Assembly: GCA_012026655.1 (NCBI GenBank)
Contig: JAAILG010001142.1
Span: 1-64,000, forward strand
DNA length: 64,000 nucleotides
From: Hydrolagus affinis
Taxonomy: Eukaryota
Direction of reading: 5' to 3'
In this document: piece after piece, positions 60,001 to 64,000 of the stretch
Layout of the letters: each line of letters opens with the position of its first letter
Numbering within the stretch: position 1 is the first letter of the stretch
Notes under the pieces: model-generated
Told to the model about the DNA's origin: nothing
Database searches by the model: none
Seen by the model: the letters and a program-made list of their open reading frames with translations, nothing else
Translations under genes and position numbers: made by a program

Positions 60001-61764
60001 CTGTGGATGCTAAGATGAAAAATAAAACATGGTCGCAATCTGGTATAAAAGTGTGATACGATTCAGGTTCTGGATGCCACACAGGGCTTGCTTTAACATT
60101 ATCGTCAGAGAAGATGCTGAAGATGGACCCGGACTGCTTGATAGAGGGAATGAACCCTGCACAGCGGGGAAACCTGCCCCATCTCAGCTGCTGCAGTATA
60201 ACTTTCAACAACTGGTTCGAGATTAGCATACCAAAGGTCTGATAGCTGTATAATTCTATTTCAGTTTACAAAGGATACTCTTTAAGCAGGGGTTTCCATA
60301 TGTGTCTTGACACTCAGCTGAACCCACCTCTCCCCACCCACCACCCAGTGGCAATCAGTACTATGACTGTACCACTTACACAGTGTGATTATATATAGCA
60401 TATTCAGAAATCATGTGTGCTTGTTTTATGGTAACTTTCCACCTTGTTGGATATACAGAGTAATGTACCCACTGGCAATAGTAAGTTGCAGTGCAAATTC
60501 TTAGAGGCTTTATTGATCACTTCACACTCATTTGTGGAGACTGAAGAGACTTATAATGTGGCAATACCATCCTCTGAATTGCACTGATTGAAATTGCATA
60601 TATTAGATACTTGTACTTATTACAGGGTTTTAAGCCATGAATATACATTACAAATCCATTACAGATGTTGGACTTGAATTTTTTTTCGGCTCCATTTATT
60701 AGTCTTAACTGCCGCAAAACGTTGTGTAGCCAATCTGATCTCATGTGTATACTCTTGAACGTAAATCAGGCAAGTCTTATTTTGACGGCTGTTATTTAGA
60801 AATATAATATGTTCTCACTTAATGTAATTTTTCTCACCTTCAACCTTGGGGGAAAAAAGTGTTCTAAAATTACGAGCGTGTTCCAAAGAAAGGAAACATT
60901 AAACTATGAATGATGATGTGAAAGGCAGACAACAGCAATAACCTTTGAGTAGCAGTCTTGCTGTAACCATTATTTAATCTCATATATATTCCAATTATAT
61001 ATGAAGATTCTGGATGGCTGCATTATTTAATTTAGTTTTCAGTAGGCATCCAAAGAATCTTAAGTGAAACTTTAATATGATCTTAATTTGTGTTGAAAGG
61101 ATTTCAGCAGGTTGTCATCAGGATCTGTTAGGAACTTCACACGGGTAAATTTATAAAGATACACACATTATATAGCATCTTTTCTTTTAACTAATAATAA
61201 TCCAGTCACATTAGAAGAATGCATATTAAGCTATAGACCTTCATATGATTTATCTGTAATCACAATATTTGAAAGGAATGCTTCATCAAGGCATTAATTC
61301 CCCCAGTGTTTCAGGTAATATATGCTGAGGTCAGCGATAAAGTGGCGAGGTGAAGTAATGCTGTAATGCCTTAAGGAGTTACTTCAATTATCTCAAAGTT
61401 GACATTGAGTGGTTGGATATAATGCAATAATAATCACTTTCAGATATTATTTGCGGGGAATGTAAATACAATAACTAAAGTTGATTTTTAAAGAAAGAAT
61501 TATAATAAAGACTTGACAAGGAATTGATGGATCCATGTTAATATTTTCAGACCGGTTAAGAAAATATTGCATATGGTTCACTCATAATGACTAAAGCTAT
61601 AGATAGATAGCACCATGTAGGAAGAGGCTTGCACTTTTACACAATCTTTAACATGGGATAAATGTTTCAAGTAAGAATTAAGGATGTTGACTGAAAGCAC
61701 AGTTAAAATACTTATTTTAACTTCTTTAATAGTTTTGAAATTAGCTGGGAGGATGTGAGAAGTG

Positions 61765-62103
61765 GAGGCCTGCAGCATATTGGTTAAAGCACGACCTCGT
61801 AAGTGAGAGGACCAGGATTCGCATCCTGGGCGGGACAAAACCCAAAGGAAGTTTCTGTGCTCCACACACTTCTGTTTACCTGGCAGTAAGTAGGAACTTG
61901 GTTGTTAGTCAATTAGACAATCGCTAACTAGTTGTGTAAACTCAAAAAATTTAATAATTTGGTTATTCAGTCCATGCCTGTTCATGGGCACGTTTCTCCC
62001 TCACAATATACAGTCAATTTACTTCTCAGTATATTCTGTGAAGCACTTTTGAGATGTGTCGACACCGTGATAAGGCGCTGTATCAAATGCAAGGATTATT
62101 ATA
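61765..62103 (+). mobile_element. SINE, older long-body variant
   Basis: Contains ctgtttacctggcagtaagtaggaacttggttgttagtc. Confidence 0.78.
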
Positions 62104-62167
62104 TATTAAGATGAAGCGATTTGGTAAGAGTTGCAGAGACAGGGCATAGATACTGAACATGGTCACT

Positions 62168-62352
62168 AATAATAATAATAATAGTAATAAACCTTGCATT
62201 TGATATAGCGTCTTCTAGACGTCTCAAAGCACTTCACAGAATATACTGTAAAGTGAATTGACTGTATATTTGTGGGCGAAATGCGGCAGCCAATTGCACA
62301 CAGGAGTGTCCCACAAACAGTCGTAGATTGAAATGACCAATTTTATTATTGT
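62168..62352 (-). mobile_element. Same SINE, 3' half
   Basis: Reverse complement of core and tail. Confidence 0.87.
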
Positions 62353-62703
62353 GTACTTGATTGCTGGAGGTGCTGCCATTCATTCAAATGAAGCTGAAGT
62401 TAAACTGTATAGGTGGTGTAATAATGATAATAATTATTATGATAATTTTTAGTAATCCTGGGATGCAAGGAGTGAAGCAACAGACAAGAATCACAACAGT
62501 GTAAGGCATGACATGGCTGGAGTGTAGAGCTGCAAACTATTGCATAGATTGGAAATGGAGAGACCACAACTGTGCTCAGATAATAATAAGTATCTTAAGA
62601 GTTGATTGCATTGAGTTTTCAAAAATTGTGTCAGGATCTTAAACTATGAGAATAGGAAGAAACAAAACCTGCTGCAAATCAGTCTACGGTTTTTCTGCCA
62701 ACA

Positions 62704-63024
62704 GGAGGTCCTATAGCTCAGTGGTTAGAGCACTCGCCTTACAAGCATGAGACCTGTATTCAAATCCAGGCAGCTAAGGGCAATACCTTGGGCAAGTTTC
62801 CTTACTCCACACGCCTAATAATAATCCGTTCAAAAAAACCACAATAATAAAAATTGATCATTTCAATCCACAACTGTTTGTGGGGACGCTGCTGTGCACA
62901 ATTGGCTGCCGCATTTCTCCCACAAAATATACAGTCAATTCACTTTACAGTATATTCTGTGAAGCGTTTTGAGACGTCGATAAGATATGAAAAGCGCTAT
63001 ATCAAATGTAAGGGTTATTATTAT
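62704..63024 (+). mobile_element. Same SINE, full length
   Basis: Head, core and tail all present. Confidence 0.9.
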
Positions 63025-63809
63025 CTGCGAACATTGTCACCCCAACTAGGTGTGGAAGTGCCCTATTGATTAAATGAGTGTAGACTAGCTGCTATTCTGT
63101 GAGCAATATTCTCTGAATAATTAATGCTAGTTGTATCTGTTTATCTCAACCTTTCTCGTGTGGAGGCTCAGTATATTTTGTTATTGACAGAAGGTTATTA
63201 TTTGAAAACTGCTTTTGAGTGGGCACCAAACACATATTCTGAAAGGTTTAGAAGTACAGTAATAATAATACAGTACTTACATTAGGCATAGTAGTGCCTT
63301 TCATGTTGGGAGGACATCCCAAAGCCTTTCACAGATAAAATGGCATAGTGCCATAAGTGTGCTTGTAGGAGCCATAAATAAGTGACTATTTGTGGTTCAA
63401 GATTCAGGTGTGCGTTCCATGAAACTTAAATTGCAAATCTGCCCTTCCAACACTGAAAACATTGACCTTTAAAGATTTCACTATCTCCACAAGAATTATA
63501 CATCTGAGAGCCTCTCAAGGGTTGACATTCTGGTAATGAGAATAGAAACATACTGTTTTGATCATAAATTAAAATGACTTTGGTGCTCATTAAATATTTG
63601 TATTCCTGATTACATTTGGTTGAATAATACAAAGATAATAAAAAAAACATAATCTTTATGAATTGATCACCAATATCAATAGTCGTTGATATTGGTCTAC
63701 AGCAACCTTTTGGGTTAATTTAAAAAAAATTGAATTGAACTTTTCTTCATTGATGTGCTGTGCCATGGGTATCACAACTCCGTAGCTATTGGAAAAAAGG
63801 TATTAATAT

Positions 63810-63927
63810 AATAATAATAATCCTTGAATTTGATATAGAGCTTTTCACGTCTTATCGATGTCTCAAAGCGCTTCACAGAATATGCTGTAAAGTGAATTGA
63901 CTGTATATTTGTGGGCGAAACGCAGCA
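63810..63927 (-). mobile_element. Same SINE, 3' fragment. Further short fragments lie at about 2005-2140, 3208-3345, 9520-9610, 16485-16595, 23025-23125 and 26920-27022
   Basis: Tail and core motifs. Confidence 0.8.
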
Positions 63928-63929
63928 GC

Positions 63930-64000
63930 AGCAACAACAACAACAATTTAAACTTATAAAGCGCCTTTCACGTCGGGAGGATGTCCCAAGGTGCTGCACA
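63930..64000 (-). mobile_element. L2 family A 3' tail, truncated by the window end
   Basis: Reverse complement resembles 13298-13361. Confidence 0.85.

Noticed and set aside
62704-62775. tRNA-Val-like gene
   Set aside because: SINE head: it continues into the SINE body, has no proper acceptor stem and occurs in many diverged copies
11082-63024. CRISPR-like or prokaryotic system suggested by recurring repeats
   Set aside because: Repeats are dispersed, in both orientations and variably truncated; no repeat-spacer periodicity, operon or cas-like ORF; context is a spliced vertebrate gene

Overview
Vertebrate genomic DNA, most likely a cartilaginous fish (holocephalan such as Callorhinchus; inferred from the L2-dominated repeat set, tRNA/Deu-type SINE and shark-type CR1/Penelope tails). 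The window lies inside the + strand PLEKHA5 gene. Seven canonical GT-AG coding exons (26270-26353, 45262-45376, 50278-50382, 51263-51335, 55239-55339, 56381-56496, 58764-59267) splice in frame and encode the end of the WW region, the linker, the PH domain and the downstream region; the gene's 5' and 3' exons are outside the window. The rest is intron, filled with about 25 copies or fragments of one tRNA-derived SINE, at least two L2 LINE families, CR1 tails, several non-autonomous DNA transposons and three assembly gaps. I see no convincing wholly new biological system. The best leads are a candidate 6-nt UGC-type microexon, a candidate alternative first coding exon giving a WW-less isoform, a three-layer L2>Tigger>L2 nest with an in-frame fusion ORF, a TIR element with a 6-bp TSD, a minimal hammerhead core in a Penelope-like repeat, and a covarying SINE/L2 3' hairpin. 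Repeat boundaries were read by eye and are approximate unless TIRs/TSDs define them.
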